Shown here: positions 41,413-55,931 of the stretch, piece by piece | Layout: the number at the start of each line of letters is the position of its first letter | How positions within the stretch are numbered: the stretch's first letter is position 1 | NCBI RefSeq assembly: GCF_009914755.1 | Contig: NC_060930.1 | Length of the DNA stretch: 64,000 nucleotides | Reading direction: 5' to 3' (one strand) | Origin: the human T2T-CHM13v2.0 reference genome, Homo sapiens | The notes under the pieces: model-generated | Seen by the model: the letters and a program-made list of their open reading frames with translations, nothing else | Database searches by the model: none | Told to the model about the DNA's origin: nothing | Position numbers and translations under genes: made by a program

Positions 41413-42099
41413 CACGTTCATATGCTCCAGGATCTCTGGGACCTTGAACATCATTTGGGTTCTTCTTGGTTCCTTGGTGACACTTGTCTGCCACACACTC
41501 AGCCTCACAAACGTCCTTCATGGAAAAGTTTATGAAGGCAGGTACGCATCAAAGGGCTGTATCTCCCCCAGAGAACACAGGAGATAGCAAAGACCAGGAA
41601 ATGTTGCAAGAGGAAACAGATGTCAGTAGAAAAGTGAGGCATTTCTCAGAGGAAAGACAGGACGGCTGCCGTGATTCCACGAGAGAAAGTGCTGTTTTCT
41701 AATACAAAGCAATCTCTATCACTCCTCCGGAGAATGTAGCTGTTGCTCCCGGCAAAAAGGCAGAATCCTCATTTGCAATGAGGCCATTCTAGCCCAAATC
41801 ACTTTCTCTCTAATCCCTTTTTATCTTTTTTGTTTGTTTGTTTCATTTCCTTCATTTCTATCTTTTATGTCTCTTACTATGCTTTCCTGGAATAACTATT
41901 CCCACAAGAGCACCTTGTAATTTAGCTTTCATTCGGAGATGTTTTGTCTTTTTCTTTAGTTCTTTCATGAGTTCTGCTAGTTTCCACTGTATATTATCTA
42001 ACTGTTGAGTTATAGCTCCAAGTGTTTTAGCCATATTTTCTAAGTGCTTTCTTATTTTTGCTTTGTGATGTCTCCTTGTAGATGCTGTGGCTGTGCACC

Positions 42100-42345
42100 T
42101 GTTTAATATATACTATTGGAAGTGTTTGGAAATATGCATAAAACCCACAATACCATCACCATAATCAAGATGATAAACATACTCATCACCTCAATTTTCT
42201 TGTGTCTATTCGTGTCTTGTGTGCGTGTGCATGTGTGTGTAAGAACACTTTACATGAGATGTACCCTCTTAAACTGTAAAGTGTGCAATGCCATACTGTT
42301 AACTAGAGGCACTGTATCGTACAGCAGATCTCTTTTAAATTTAGA
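42100..42345 (-). mobile_element. L1MA/MB 3' end fragment
   Basis: accatcaccataatcaagatgataaacata...aagaacactt.acatgagatgtaccctctta...gtacagcagatctc. Confidence 0.75.
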
Positions 42346-42564
42346 CTGAAATGTGACATTACAGTCTTCTGTTTGTGATGACATTTTTAGGGTGAGTCTT
42401 CTTTGGCTCTTAAGCTTTGCTGTATTTTTTTTCAGTAAAGTGTCTTTGTACAATTGGTATAGTTTTATTTATTTGTTTTTTGTTATCAACGTTTTAGTGA
42501 ATTGGATTTTCTAGACTAGCTGTTAGCAGAAGGATCTCTGTAAGGCAGGGAGGAGTTAAAGCAC

Positions 42565-43045
42565 TGTACTAGTCTCCTAGGGCTGTCGTAACAAAGTACC
42601 GCAAACTTGGTGGCCTCAAACAGCAGAAATGTGTTGTCTCACAGTTCTAGAGGCTAAAAGTCAGAAGTCAAGGTGTCAGCAGTGCCATCTTCTCTCTGAG
42701 TGTTCTAGGGGAGGAATTCTTCCCTGCCTCTTCTATTCTGATAGTTGCCATTAATCTGTGGCATTCCTTGGCCAGTGTATGCATCACTCCCATCTCTGCC
42801 TCCATCTTCACATGTGGCCCTCTCTACTGCTTGACTCTGTCTCTATGTTCAAAATTCCCTCTTATATGGAGACTAGTCAGATTGGATTTCAGGACCATTC
42901 TAATTCAGTATGACTTCATCTTAACTTGATGACATCTGCAAGACTCTTTTTAAAAATAAGGTCAGATTCACATTTCTGGGCAGTTACGACTTCAGAATAG
43001 TTAGGCAAGGATTGGGGAGAGTGTGGTACAGTTTAATCCATAGCA
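42565..43045 (-). mobile_element. MLT1 (B/C-like) MaLR LTR
   Basis: tgtactagtctcctagggctgtcgtaacaaagtacc...ctcacagttctagaggct...tatgacttcatcttaact...taaggtcagattc. Confidence 0.85.
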
Positions 43046-44632
43046 AGTTCTTTCCTGGTTCCTCTGCTCAAGGGATACCTCTTCCATTGATAAAGTGATT
43101 AACAATTACTTTAATATTGTTGCCTTTTGTGGGCAGATTTCCTCTGATTCTACAGTCTTATGTTGCTTCAGGGGGTGCTTCTACCAATTGTTTTTATCTT
43201 TGACTACTGCACCTTACAGATATTGCCTGTGTATTCCAAGGCAAGTTCTTCTCTGTTAGAACAGATGGTCTTTTATCTGTCACCTTGTCCTCTGTGCACT
43301 TTCCATGTTTTGTTTTCCCCAATGTCCTAAGGCTTCTTCCTATCCTCATTGTTTCCAGATCTCAAATGGTATTGAGAGAGGGAGACTTTTTTTTGGTGGG
43401 GGTGGGTTGGGGGTCGTTTTTGCGGATGTTTTGTGATTTTCTCAATAGGATAACTCAGAATTCCTAGTTCTTTTGTTGTTGTGATTTTGTCTGCTCCCTT
43501 GCTACCCCTTTGAGCTTTCCCATGACATTTCTGCTGCTTTTTGTTGTTTACCATTAATTTGCACATAAAGTTTTTTCTATCTAGTTTCATTGAATTTATT
43601 ATATATAGGTAGATATTTATTAAGTTCCCATAGTTTTCTGTACAGATTTGCTTTCTCCCCCACCCCCGCCCTCCGGCCAGTTTTGCTTTGAGAAATCATC
43701 TATTGGCCTAATCATTGTCCTACTTCCTTTTTGTTTTGGTCATATTTAAGTACATTCTAGCGATCTATATTTTTACCAAATGCATGTAGGTGTTTATCTA
43801 TCAATCATTTTAATTTGGGGAGAGATTTATTGAATTTTCTGTCTAAGAACTCATGTCTTTTATCAGTTCTCAAAAGTTCTTAGCCACTATTCCTTTAGAC
43901 ACTAAGGGATCAGAAGAAAGAACCTGTAATCACAAAGTACAACTCACACCCATTTTATTCATGCTCTTTTACTGTTCCTTTGATTGAGTATTAGTCTTTC
44001 TTACTCTCTCCTCTGTGTTTCTTAACTCCCCCTTTTTCCATAATTTCTATTTGTGACACATTCTGGGTTATTCCTTCAGCTTGATCTTCTACTTTACGAA
44101 TTCTCTCCTTGGCCTCTTTGAATCTACTACTAAATATCTTCATTCAGTATCAAATTGCAACTGTTTTATATTTTATTCCCAAAATTATATAGGTTTTATT
44201 CAAATATTTATGGTCAAATTTTGCAGTTTTCTGTTCTTTTCTTATTTATTTAATTTTCCAATGTAATGTTTTAACATCATAAACATTATTTTATATTATT
44301 TGTTTGATACAAAATTATTAATTACAAAATCTGCTATATTTTGAGGCTTAAGTTATAATGTTTGTTATTTTTCCTAATATTTCAAGGTATATTTTCTGTT
44401 TAGTGTTTTGCAGTTTCTCATTATGAGCTAATGTGCCTTTAAATATTGTAAAACTCTGGATGACTATTTGAAATCTATGTTTAAATTACAGTTTTATCAA
44501 AGAGTAATTTTATTTGCTTTTTCCAGATGCCCAGGTACACATTTTTGGCTATGTTTTTGCTGGTGGTGATCATGGAGGTGGCTTTTGTTTCTTTCAGCCA
44601 TAAGGCTAGTGAGAATTTTTTCTCCTAATTAA

Positions 44633-46096
<1,464 letters not shown>

Positions 46097-46338
46097 GTTG
46101 GGCTTGTGTTTAAGGATTCTCGGGGAAAAATTATTTTTAAGTCTCTCTCCAGAGCCAATGCTGATGGTTTGCAATATCCCCATAATCTTCTGCCAAAAAG
46201 TGGATTTTTCCTAGTTTATCCACTAAGTTTGTCACCTTTAGTTATCCTGCTTTATGTACTGGTTCATGGATCAAAGATTTAAATTTGGACTTACCCTAGG
46301 CTTTTTCTTCTGATCCCCTTAAATGACCCATGAAAAGC

Positions 46339-46727
46339 TGTTATGGACTGAATTGGGTCCCCCTCAAACTCATGTGTTGAAACCCCCAATGTGAGTGTAT
46401 TTGGAGATCAGTAGGCCTTCAAAGAGGTAATTAAGGTTAAATGAGATCATAAGTCCTAATGCAATGGGACTGATATCCTTTTAAAGAGGAAGAGATACCA
46501 GAGATCCTAATCTGTTTCTTTGCACATGTGCACAAAGGGAAGACCATTGGATGACATAGCAAGAAGACGCTGTCTATAAGCCAATAAGGGAAGCTTCACC
46601 AGAAACCAACCCCACCAGGACCTTGATCTTGGACTTCTGCCTTCCAAAACTGTGAGAAATAAAATTCTCTTTTTTAAGCCACCCAGTCTGTGGTATTTTG
46701 TTATGGCAGCCTGAGCAGGCTAATACA
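46339..46727 (+). mobile_element. MLT1A-type MaLR solo LTR
   Basis: TGTTATGGACTGAAT...ccttgatcttggacttc..aactgtgagaaataaa...CTAATACA. Confidence 0.88.
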
Positions 46728-47182
46728 AAGCTCAAGCTCTAGGCAATTATGACTGTTTAGATGTTCCAGGGAAACATCAAGAATCTAGGATGGTGAATAA
46801 AATCTCTAGATTCATTCTTCTCCTATTTTTTTCCATGGTGCAGAAGATTTATTTGACTACGGCACTAATCTAACCTTATGTTTTGAAATATTTTAAAAAT
46901 ATTTTGTTCAGCAGTTTTGTTCAGTAAGTGTTCTATACTTCAAGGGTTTCTTTGAATAGAAATGTCACCCTACTGCTGGAAACTAAATTCCATTTCATTT
47001 ATTTTTATTTACATACTATCATTTTAATTTTGGCACTTCAAAAAACTTATTATTATTTTGGTGAAATGAAGGCAGTGTAAAATGTGTAAAACATCATGTT
47101 CAAGCCATGCTTCTTCACTTACATTTTATATGTTCTCTTTAAGAAACTTTAAATACATAATGGAAAAAGATGGGATACATTA

Positions 47183-47440
47183 CGGGAGGCCGAGGTGGGC
47201 AGATCACTTGAGGTCAGGAGTTTGAGACCAGCCTGGCCAACATGATGAAATCCTGTCTCCACTAAAAATACACAAATTTTGTATTGTATTGAGTGCTTGT
47301 AATCCAAGCTACTCAGGAGGTTGAGGCAGGAGAATTGCTTGAACCCTGGAGGTGGAGGTTGTGGTGAGCCAAGGTTGCGCCACTGCACACTCTAGCCTTG
47401 GCAATAAAGCAAGACTCCATCTCAAAAAAAAAAAAAAAAA
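47183..47440 (+). mobile_element. AluS, 5'-truncated, with an altered right-arm start
   Basis: Starts at cgggaggccgagg; TSD-like AAAAGATGGGATA / AAAAGTGGGATA. Confidence 0.9.
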
Positions 47441-49134
47441 GTGGGATAGGTGTTACACCCATATTGTCAGTAAGAATATGGGAGAGTAAGAAAGAAAGCA
47501 ACTAGATCAAAGATTCATAGCAAATCACTTGGTGGTGGTCAAATTATAAATTTCTGCTCTTCCCACTGCTATATGAGTGTCCTGTCATCTCACTATGGAC
47601 AATTTTAAGGCTGATTCATTCTGTATGGACTTTGTATCTGACATTTTTTCTGTATCAGATATTGCAGCAAAACTTTTCTGCTATTCAAAACCATCTACAA
47701 AACCTACTCTGTGCTTCTAGGAGTTTCATTATTTCAGAGACCTAGCACTGAGGTGGGTGTGTTCTAATGTCTGGGGGAAAAGCAAGAAGTTTGATAATTG
47801 CTGTCAGCTTTCTTATTTCCTGTCTTAGAAATTGAGAATACTGATTTGTCTGGGATTTTTGCCCGCATCAAGTTTCTTTCTGCATCCTTTTCTTTCTTGT
47901 TCTCATTTTTTATATACTTTTGCTCCAACAGATGAATCTGTTGTAAAAAGTACTAATTTTTTAACTATGAGTTCAGAGGTTATATTTAAACTATTTTAAT
48001 AATGTATTATAAATAATTTCACATATAAAGTGATATAAAACAAATACTGATCTATTAAATAGCCATCTAAAGAAATTAAACATCAAAATACAAAAGAGAA
48101 ATCGAAGAGAACTGAATTCTGCTCTAATTGACACTAAAATAAAGATAACTAAATAAAAAATTCACGATGACCTTTGAAAGTATGGCAGACAGACAGTGGG
48201 AAATAAGTCACTTTAGTTTCCAGCCCAAATTAAAGGGTCACAGAACACTGGAATTCGCTGTGGTCATTAAACCGCTGCAAATTATGGCTCTTCAAGGAAA
48301 GCACACATCAAAGTCATCTTCTCATGCTTTTAAAGAAATGCTGGTTTATGAACTATTATTAACATTAAATGGCAAGTCAGTGTAGGTCACAGTAAGGTAC
48401 AGAACTATAAAACCTCAAACAGCGGTTTTCTATTTTGTGTTTTTAAAGTATTTGACAGTTACTTTATGGATTGGTGCTTTAAGCAGCTTTTATGCCTACA
48501 TAGATTTAAAAGGGAGGTTATGGAACGAGCATATGTGACTGTGACATTCAAAGTGAATATATATCAGAGACACAGAGACGCCCAAAGCTCTTGTCATAGG
48601 GCATATAGAGAACATGCATCAAAGGGCCCTATGTACATCCATGCAAAAGGCCAAGTTAATTTTTACACTTAAAGGCAGGTTCTAAGGCTAATAGCACTTC
48701 CAAGGATACTAAGATTTTGCCTTCCTCTTGCATTTTCCTTTGCCTTGGAAAATGGAAAGATAACTTCAAATTAATTTATTTCTTTACTTTGCTTATTTAT
48801 GATACCTTTCCTTAAATTGTGAAGGTCTTTTGTCTATAGTATCCGTCTTAGCATGATTCCCAGCACTATCTTTATGCAACTAGGTTATTGGTTGGTTTTA
48901 GTTGCTGTACTTTAAAAAACCCAGGAATTTTAGAAGAAATCTTTGGTACTTAATTAAAAAAAACGAAGGGGGCTCTTTTTGTCAAAATTCTCCTCATTTA
49001 TCTCTCTACCATTACTCTCAATCCTGTTGAAACCATTCTCCACGTCACCATAACTATGGATTTGATTATGTTATCCATTTTTTAAAAAACTATTATTTAC
49101 TGTCACGATAAGATAAAGTATCTGTTTATTTATT

Positions 49135-49750
49135 TTTCTGTAAACCACTTCCTTCAGATATGATTGACATACACAAAGCTGTACATTTTTAATCTGTAGA
49201 CCTCAGCGAGCATGGAGATGAGTGTACACCCATGGAACTGTTACCACAATCTATATTATAAACCTATCCATCACCTCCAAAAGTTGCCTCTCACCCTCTT
49301 ATTATTATTTAATGATAAGGACAGTTGATATAAAGAATGATCCTCATAGCAAGTTTTTAAGTATACAAAACAGTATTATTAACTATAGCCACTATGCTGT
49401 ACTGGAGATCTCTAGGTCCTATTTATCCCATATAATAAGAAACTGTATCATCTAACTAATATCTCCTCGTGTCCCTCTCTCCTCTGCCACTGGCAAACAC
49501 CATTTCACTCTATTTCTATGAGATTGACTATTTTAGATTTATCACGTAAGTGGTATCATGTAGTATTTATCCTTTTGTGTCTCCCTTATTTCATTTGGCA
49601 CAATGTCCTCCAGGTTCATCTATGTTGTCACAAATGGCAGAATATGCTTATTTTTCAAGGCTGAATAATTTCCATTGCACGTATATGCCATATTTTCTTT
49701 ATATATTCATGCAACAGTGAGAACTTAGGTTGCTTACATTCATTTCTTTG
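49135..49750 (-). mobile_element. L1MA/MB 3' end
   Basis: acctatccatcacctccaaaagtt...ctatttctatgagattgactattttagat...caatgtcctccaggttcatc. Confidence 0.85.
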
Positions 49751-49785
49751 GTGACCAAAGCTTCACATGATCAGATTCTAACATT

Positions 49786-50151
49786 TAGTTTCCCTTCTGT
49801 TTCCATGGGTTCTGCATCTATGGATTCAACCAAGAGTGGATAAAAACATTTGGGAAAAAAAGGATAGTTGCATCTACACTGAACATGCACAGACTATTTT
49901 TCTTATCATTATTTTCTAAACAATACTGTAAAACAACTATTTACATAACATTAATGTTATATTAGGTATTATAAGTAATCTAGAAATGATTTAAAGTATA
50001 CAAGAGGATATGCATAGGTTACATGCAAAGACTACACCATTTTATATAAAAGACTTGAGCATCTGTGGATTTTAGTATCATGATCTCAGAGGGGAGGTAA
50101 TTTCATGGTGTGTCCTGGAAGCAATCTCCCATGGATACTGAGGAATGAGTG
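49786..50151. mobile_element. MER2 (TcMar-Tigger MITE)
   Basis: ccatgggttctgcatctatggattcaacc...taggtattataagtaatctagaaatgatttaaagtatac...ggatactgaggaatgagtg. Confidence 0.88.
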
Positions 50152-50881
50152 CTTACAGGAGGGGTCTTCAAAAAGTATATGGAAGATGCTTATTATGAAA
50201 TATCCATGCATAAATTTCAACTTTTTTGCACCAAAATTTGCACTAACTTGTTATAACATGTATGAACAGGATGTAGTTTGAGGCATTAAGAAGGATAAAA
50301 CATCAGTTTGAAAAGAGACCTTATCAGAGCAGCATGAATTTTGCTAAAATTGAAGCAAAAAAAAAATCATCAAATTTATGGTGAAGCTTGGGTGGAGGAA
50401 TGGTGAAATCATTGATGTTTTATGAAAAGTTAATAGGGACAAAGCCCCAAAGAAATCAGCAGCTTACAAATAGATAACTCATTTTAAGAAGAGATGAGAT
50501 GATGTTGAAGATGAAGCCCATAGCAGCAGACTATCCACATCAATTTTTGAGGACAAAAATTAACGTCATTAGTGTCCTAAATGAAGAGAACAAATGATTA
50601 ACAGCAGAAACAATAGCCAACACCATCAACATCTCAATGTGTTCAGCTTACACAATTTTTATGGAAAAATTAAAGGTGAGGAAACTTTCCACTCGATGAT
50701 GACAAAACCATTCTGCCCAGATCAACTGCAGACAAGAGCAGAGCTTTCAATGGAAATTTTAAACAAGTGAGATCAAGATTCTGAAGCATTTTTTCAAAGA
50801 ATTGTAACTGGAGATAAAACTCCTGCTGACTTTACCAGTATGATCCTGAAAACAAAGCACCCTCAAAGCAATGGTAAGTAA

Positions 50882-51223
50882 TGTGACAGCCAGGTGGGAG
50901 GAGATCCCTGAAAAAAGTCCAACTGACTTGGACACTGGGAAGAGTGCACATGGGATGCAGCCACAGAAGTCCATGCCATTTGCAGCAGGGAGAAGAGCCT
51001 GGTCCTCCTCTTCCTGTGCAAAACCAGAGATTCAAACTGCAAGGCAGGAAGCACTATAGCAGGGACTCTGTCCTTTTGGAGAGTCCCTGTTTCCCCCTTG
51101 TATTCCTTTTCACCCAATAAAACCCTGCTTTACTCATCCTTCAAACTGTCTGCAAGCCTAAATTTTCATGGCTGTGGAACAAGGACCCCGTCTTTAGCTG
51201 AACTAAGGAAAAGTTCTGTAACA
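50882..51223 (+). mobile_element. MER61-type ERV1 5' LTR
   Basis: TG...CA termini, AATAAA at 51116, homologous to 55598-55931. Confidence 0.88.
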
Positions 51224-51227
51224 TTTT

Positions 51228-51245
51228 TGGCACCCAACATGAGGC
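51228..51245 (+). other. Primer-binding site, tRNA-Lys(CUU) type
   Basis: TGGCACCCAACATGAGGC vs TGGCGCCCAACGTGGGGC: 15/18, with two differences at CpG. Lies 4 nt after the 5' LTR. Confidence 0.85.
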
Positions 51246-51914
51246 TCAAGAAGTGGTGAGTGAAATGGGGACGCAAAACTCCTCACTGTGGTTTCTAACC
51301 CTTTTCATCCTCAGACTTCTGATCTTATGGGAAACTACACTCAAACCCCCCGTCACTCCCAGAAGTTGGGGGCCTTTTCATGCCCTTTTCTTTCCTTTTT
51401 TGAGATGGACTGGTGAGCAGCTGCTCACCACTTCCTCCTCCCTGGTGGGGTTGGGACGCATGGCCCAAGGGTCCTGCACAGGGGGCTAGCTGGTTCCCAG
51501 CCATGCGCCACTGCATCCTCCCTCTTTCCCTGCGAAGGGTTTCAGCTTCATCTGATAGTAATTAAACTTTTTTCCCTGGTGTAAGAACCAGTTGCATAAG
51601 AATAATAGGTTCTTCTCTCAGGAATCCTTTTCCTTACCCCATCAGCAGGTAACTTTTAACGTTCTTTCCTTTTAGAAAATGCTTTACTAGAACAGGCACC
51701 CCTAACTATCACTGTTTATATTTTCTGCAAAGTTTTGGTTGTGAAATCAGGCCATCTTGTTTACATCCTGGGGGCATGGCTTGTAACTCTAGTGGCAAGG
51801 TTTTGTTTAGCAATCCTGCCTTAGAGAATAGGTTCCTTTCTGGTTTGATATCTGCATGTTTTCCTAGACCTGTCTCCTAAAGAACCCCACCAGGAAACTG
51901 GGTTTTCTCCTGCC

Positions 51915-51949
<35 letters not shown>

Positions 51950-54867
51950 TGTTGTAAAAAGGACTCTAATTAATTCGGCCTAAAGAAAAACAACTACTTG
52001 GATTAAATATTTTTAAGGGAAGACAAAAGCTTTTGTACCTTTCAGTTCACATGACTTTAATATTTAAGAAATAAAAACAACCTTAAAAATTATTGGTAAA
52101 AGGCAAGTGTCATTAAAATGTAAATAGGTGGGATGAATAATGCAGGTCAGATGCAAGATTTACTAAATGTTTTAAGGTTAAAAACTGCTTTTTGGGTTTT
52201 GAAAGCTATTTGACTTCACAATTGGTAAGACCTGGGGACATATGGAACTAACCACACCCTTAATTAAGAAGGCAAATTTTGGCCGCAGTTAGCATACAAT
52301 TAAAGCAACTTACCAGGTTTTACCTTAAAGTTAACAATTGCTAGGAGTTACCATTACAATGTGTAGTTAAAACTACTGGAATTAGATTTACATGTAAGGT
52401 GTGTAAGAACAGTAAAATGTGTTTTCTTTTCTTTTTTTTTTTTGTAAAAGGTTATAAGAAGGCATGGAAATGTAAATTTTCGCCTAGGGTTAAACAATTA
52501 TTTTAAACTAGATAAGATAAACCTGAAGGTTCAAACTAGTGGTAGGAGGATTGTGGAGATTAATCTTGAAGAAGAGGTTCTCTGTGTGAACATATTGACT
52601 AAATTCAAAAAGGCATTATGTAGTTTTTCTGTAAATTGAGCATTAAAATAAAAACACAACAAGGTTTTCTTAAGGTTGTTAAGTTATTGTTAACCATGGA
52701 GATAACCAAACTTCTTTGTCAATCGTGTTTCTAACTGTAACTATGCTGGACATTTTGCTATTTATGGACAATTGTTTCCTTAGTTTTAATCCTTTTCAAA
52801 AGATGGTTTATAATGAGCTATAGGACTCTGACAGGTGCTCTTAAATTCAATTTCTGATTGTATATGGGACAATCAGGTTTTTGATAACCTTAGAGATTGT
52901 AATATTGGAATAAAGGAAAATGTACAGGACTGATAAAGAGCTAAAATGTTCATGAATTTCAAGCAAAACAAGAGTTAACTAAATGGACTGAACCCAGAAA
53001 GCTGAAGCAAACTTTTTGACTTTTGCTCAGAATATTGCTGATCCTTGTTTTGTTTTTCAGAGTCAAGGAAACTTTATTTTGAACTATTTACAGCTTTTAA
53101 TAATTAAGCAAGGTATACTCCTGTAATCAAAATTTGGAGTAGTTTGTTTCTCTCTGCCTGGTTCCTCTAGAATTTGGGAACTATTTGTGAGTATTCTTAA
53201 CTTATGGCAATATAGTTGTTTGCATAATTGCAGTAAGAATCCATTTTTCTTTTGCAACAGGACACAGTTGGAAAAAATGGTTATGTTACCAAGGCCTTGA
53301 CTGGAAGGCTATGCTTCCCTTTAGGAAATCAAGCTCAACTTGCAGAGCCAATAAAAGCCCAGTGGGGAGACTGGCCTCATACCCTTGCCTACACAGTCCC
53401 TGTACAGGGTTTCTGACCTATGGTGAGTAAAGAATGTCACTTTCTAACAGGTCCAGGATCTTAAAGTTTATCTTGGGACTTTAAGAGGAAAGGATCACCC
53501 ACCTCACAGGTATTTGAGGATACAAACCCATGGCCAGGCTTGGCTTTAAAAGGTCTTATCTAAGACTCCCTGTGGAACAAACTTCCATAAAAGCCAATCC
53601 AAAAGGCCTATGTAGAAATAATTATTCTTGCTGTACTTTATGCAAATAATTAGGCCAAGTATAAGACTAAAGTCTCTTTTACAAACAATTCAGTCCTATC
53701 ATTTTTTTTTTTTTTTTACAAAAATGAGGACTGGAGAGAGAGAAATTATGTTTCAAAACTTCATCAGTTGTTTTTATTTTTATGTTTTTGCCTACATCTT
53801 AGACTAACCCTGCTTGTTCCTGTGAACCAACCAGCAATTTCCAGCTGCAGTCCAGAAAAAACAAGAGGGGTGGGTAATGTAAAAAATTTTGATCGATAGT
53901 CTAGTTCTGAGTAATTATCCTGTGAATCCTGCCAGGTGATGGGAATAAATAGGATGCCCATCACTCAGAGGTTTCCTTTTGGGAAAGTAAGACCAAGGGA
54001 GCTAACCAAAGCCAAGCACCATGCACCCAAATCCTAGCAAGCATGACTATAGCCACCAGTTATCTGGGTGTGTCACAAGACATCTTCCCGTTTTGGAGGA
54101 GGACTCAATTCAACAGTTTCACCTTAGCATTTGCCTTATGATAAGGAGTCCATGCAACCCCCCGAGACACATTTTTGTCCCAAACTCAATTCCAAGCTTC
54201 GGGTAAAAGCCCTAGGAAGGAAAGCTGGATCAAAGGGATCCAGAGGCAGACAACAGAAGTTAAAAGGCACAGCGCAGGTGAACATGGCTAATTCTTGCCA
54301 ATTAAGCCAAGCCCAAGCTTCCTGTTTTAGGGATAAATGCCATGCTAGTATCCATGGCATAAATGAGTTCTAGGGAATTCAAGGCTACTGACAACAGGGG
54401 AGATAGGGCGTACATGGGTAAGAGCAGATGATTCCTACCCCCATACCTCCCTGATTCATCGGTGTAAGCCACTTTGACACTCAAGGGGGGACATGCCAAG
54501 GTCACCAGAACTTGAGGATGGAAGGATGGAAGAGGGAAAGAGGACATTCTTCCTTCTCTCCCTCACATTCCCAGGGTATCTACTAGGAAGAAATGAGAAA
54601 CTGGGATGCCTGCTCTCCTCTTTCTAGATGGGTAGCCATTCATCTTCAGTCTCCACCCATTTCAAATGCATCCTGAACCCCTGGAGCTCCTTTGAAAAAC
54701 ACCTTCTTTTTCCTCTCTCCTCCTGTCCTCTCTCCTCCTGTCCTCTCTTCACTGATAGGTAATTGTGTCTCCATACTACAGGTTACTCCACTCAGATGTA
54801 TCCTTCAAACTAGAAAGAACTAATTTCCCAAACCTTAAACTGGTTGGTTTAAGATTGGGTTCAGAGG

Positions 54868-55202
54868 GGTTGGGCATGGTGGCTCACGCCTGTAATCCCA
54901 GCACTTTGGGAGGCCGAGGCAGGTGGATCACGAGGTCTGGAGTTCAAGACCAGCCTGGCCAACATGGTAAAACCCCGTCTCTACTAAAGATACAAAAATT
55001 AGCTGATCATGGTGGTACATGCTTGTAATCCCAGCTATTCAAGAGGCTGAAGCAGAAGAATCCCTTGCACCCAGGAGTTGGAGGTAGCAGTGAGCCAAGA
55101 TCGCACCATTGCACTCCAGCCTGGGTGACAGGGCGAGACTCCATCTCAAAAAAAAAAAAGAAAGAAAAGAAAAGAAAAAAGGAAAGAAAAAAAGAAAAAA
55201 AA
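54868..55202 (+). mobile_element. AluS inside the provirus
   Basis: Full dimer; 17-bp TSD AAGATTGGGTTCAGAGG / AAGATTGGGCTCAGGGG. Confidence 0.95.
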
Positions 55203-55597
55203 AAGATTGGGCTCAGGGGAAGGGAATCCAGAAGCCCAACATGCCAGCAAAAGAGTAAAGTTATTTTGCCTGTCAGGTTTTGGCCTCCCTTTCCCTGTGC
55301 AAACTGGTAAAAGGCCTCAGGATTTTTGAGCTGCCATTACCCTTTCCCGTTTGACACATGTTTTGACACGTTTCCTAATAACGCGGTTTGTCTGTTCTTG
55401 CCTTCAGGCCATCAAACTCCAATGGTCATGCAACTGGAGACTCTGACAATGGCCTCTTCTGCTGGGAACCCTTAGATAGACCTCTGAGGGAGCTCTGGCT
55501 GCCGTTTCTCCACTGTCAGCAAGAAGCAGTTAAGATCAGTCTTCATCCTTATCCTTATTCTAGTGGCCAATTAGATGTACTTCGTTAGAGTGGGGAA

Positions 55598-55931
55598 TGA
55601 GACAGCCACGTGGGAGGGATCCCTGGCAAAACTCCAACTGACTTCCACACTGGGAAGAGTAGGCACACTGGGGTGGAACCATAGAAGTTCCTGCCGATTG
55701 CAGCAGAAAGGAGCTGCAATCATGTGTGGGACGTGGGATTCCAACTGCGAGGCAGGAAGCACTCTAGCAGGGACTCTGTCCTTTTGTAGAGTCCCTGTTA
55801 CCCCCTGTTCTTCCTTTTCACCCAGTGAAACCCTGCTTTTCAAGCTCTTCACACCGCCTGTGAGCCTAAACTTTCATGGCCGTGGGACAAGGAGCCCATC
55901 TTTAGCTAAGCTCAGGAAGAGTCCTGCAACA
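55598..55931 (+). mobile_element. MER61-type ERV1 3' LTR
   Basis: TGAGACAGCC...GCAACA, following the PPT. Provirus TSD GTAA/TTAA. Confidence 0.88.

Larger units (their letters stand above)
51224..55597 (+). mobile_element. Non-autonomous ERV1 internal region (MER61-int/MER4 group)
   Basis: Lies between paired LTRs, with PBS and PPT (AGAGTGGGGAA, 55587-55597). No long gag/pol/env ORF. (TG)n at 51919-51948. Confidence 0.85.

Noticed and set aside
51228-51250. tRNA-Lys gene fragment
   Set aside because: It is the retroviral primer-binding site, complementary to the tRNA 3' end only.
50882-55931. p53 response element expected in some MER61 subfamilies
   Set aside because: I could not find a full double RRRCWWGYYY site in either LTR; only imperfect half-sites occur internally.
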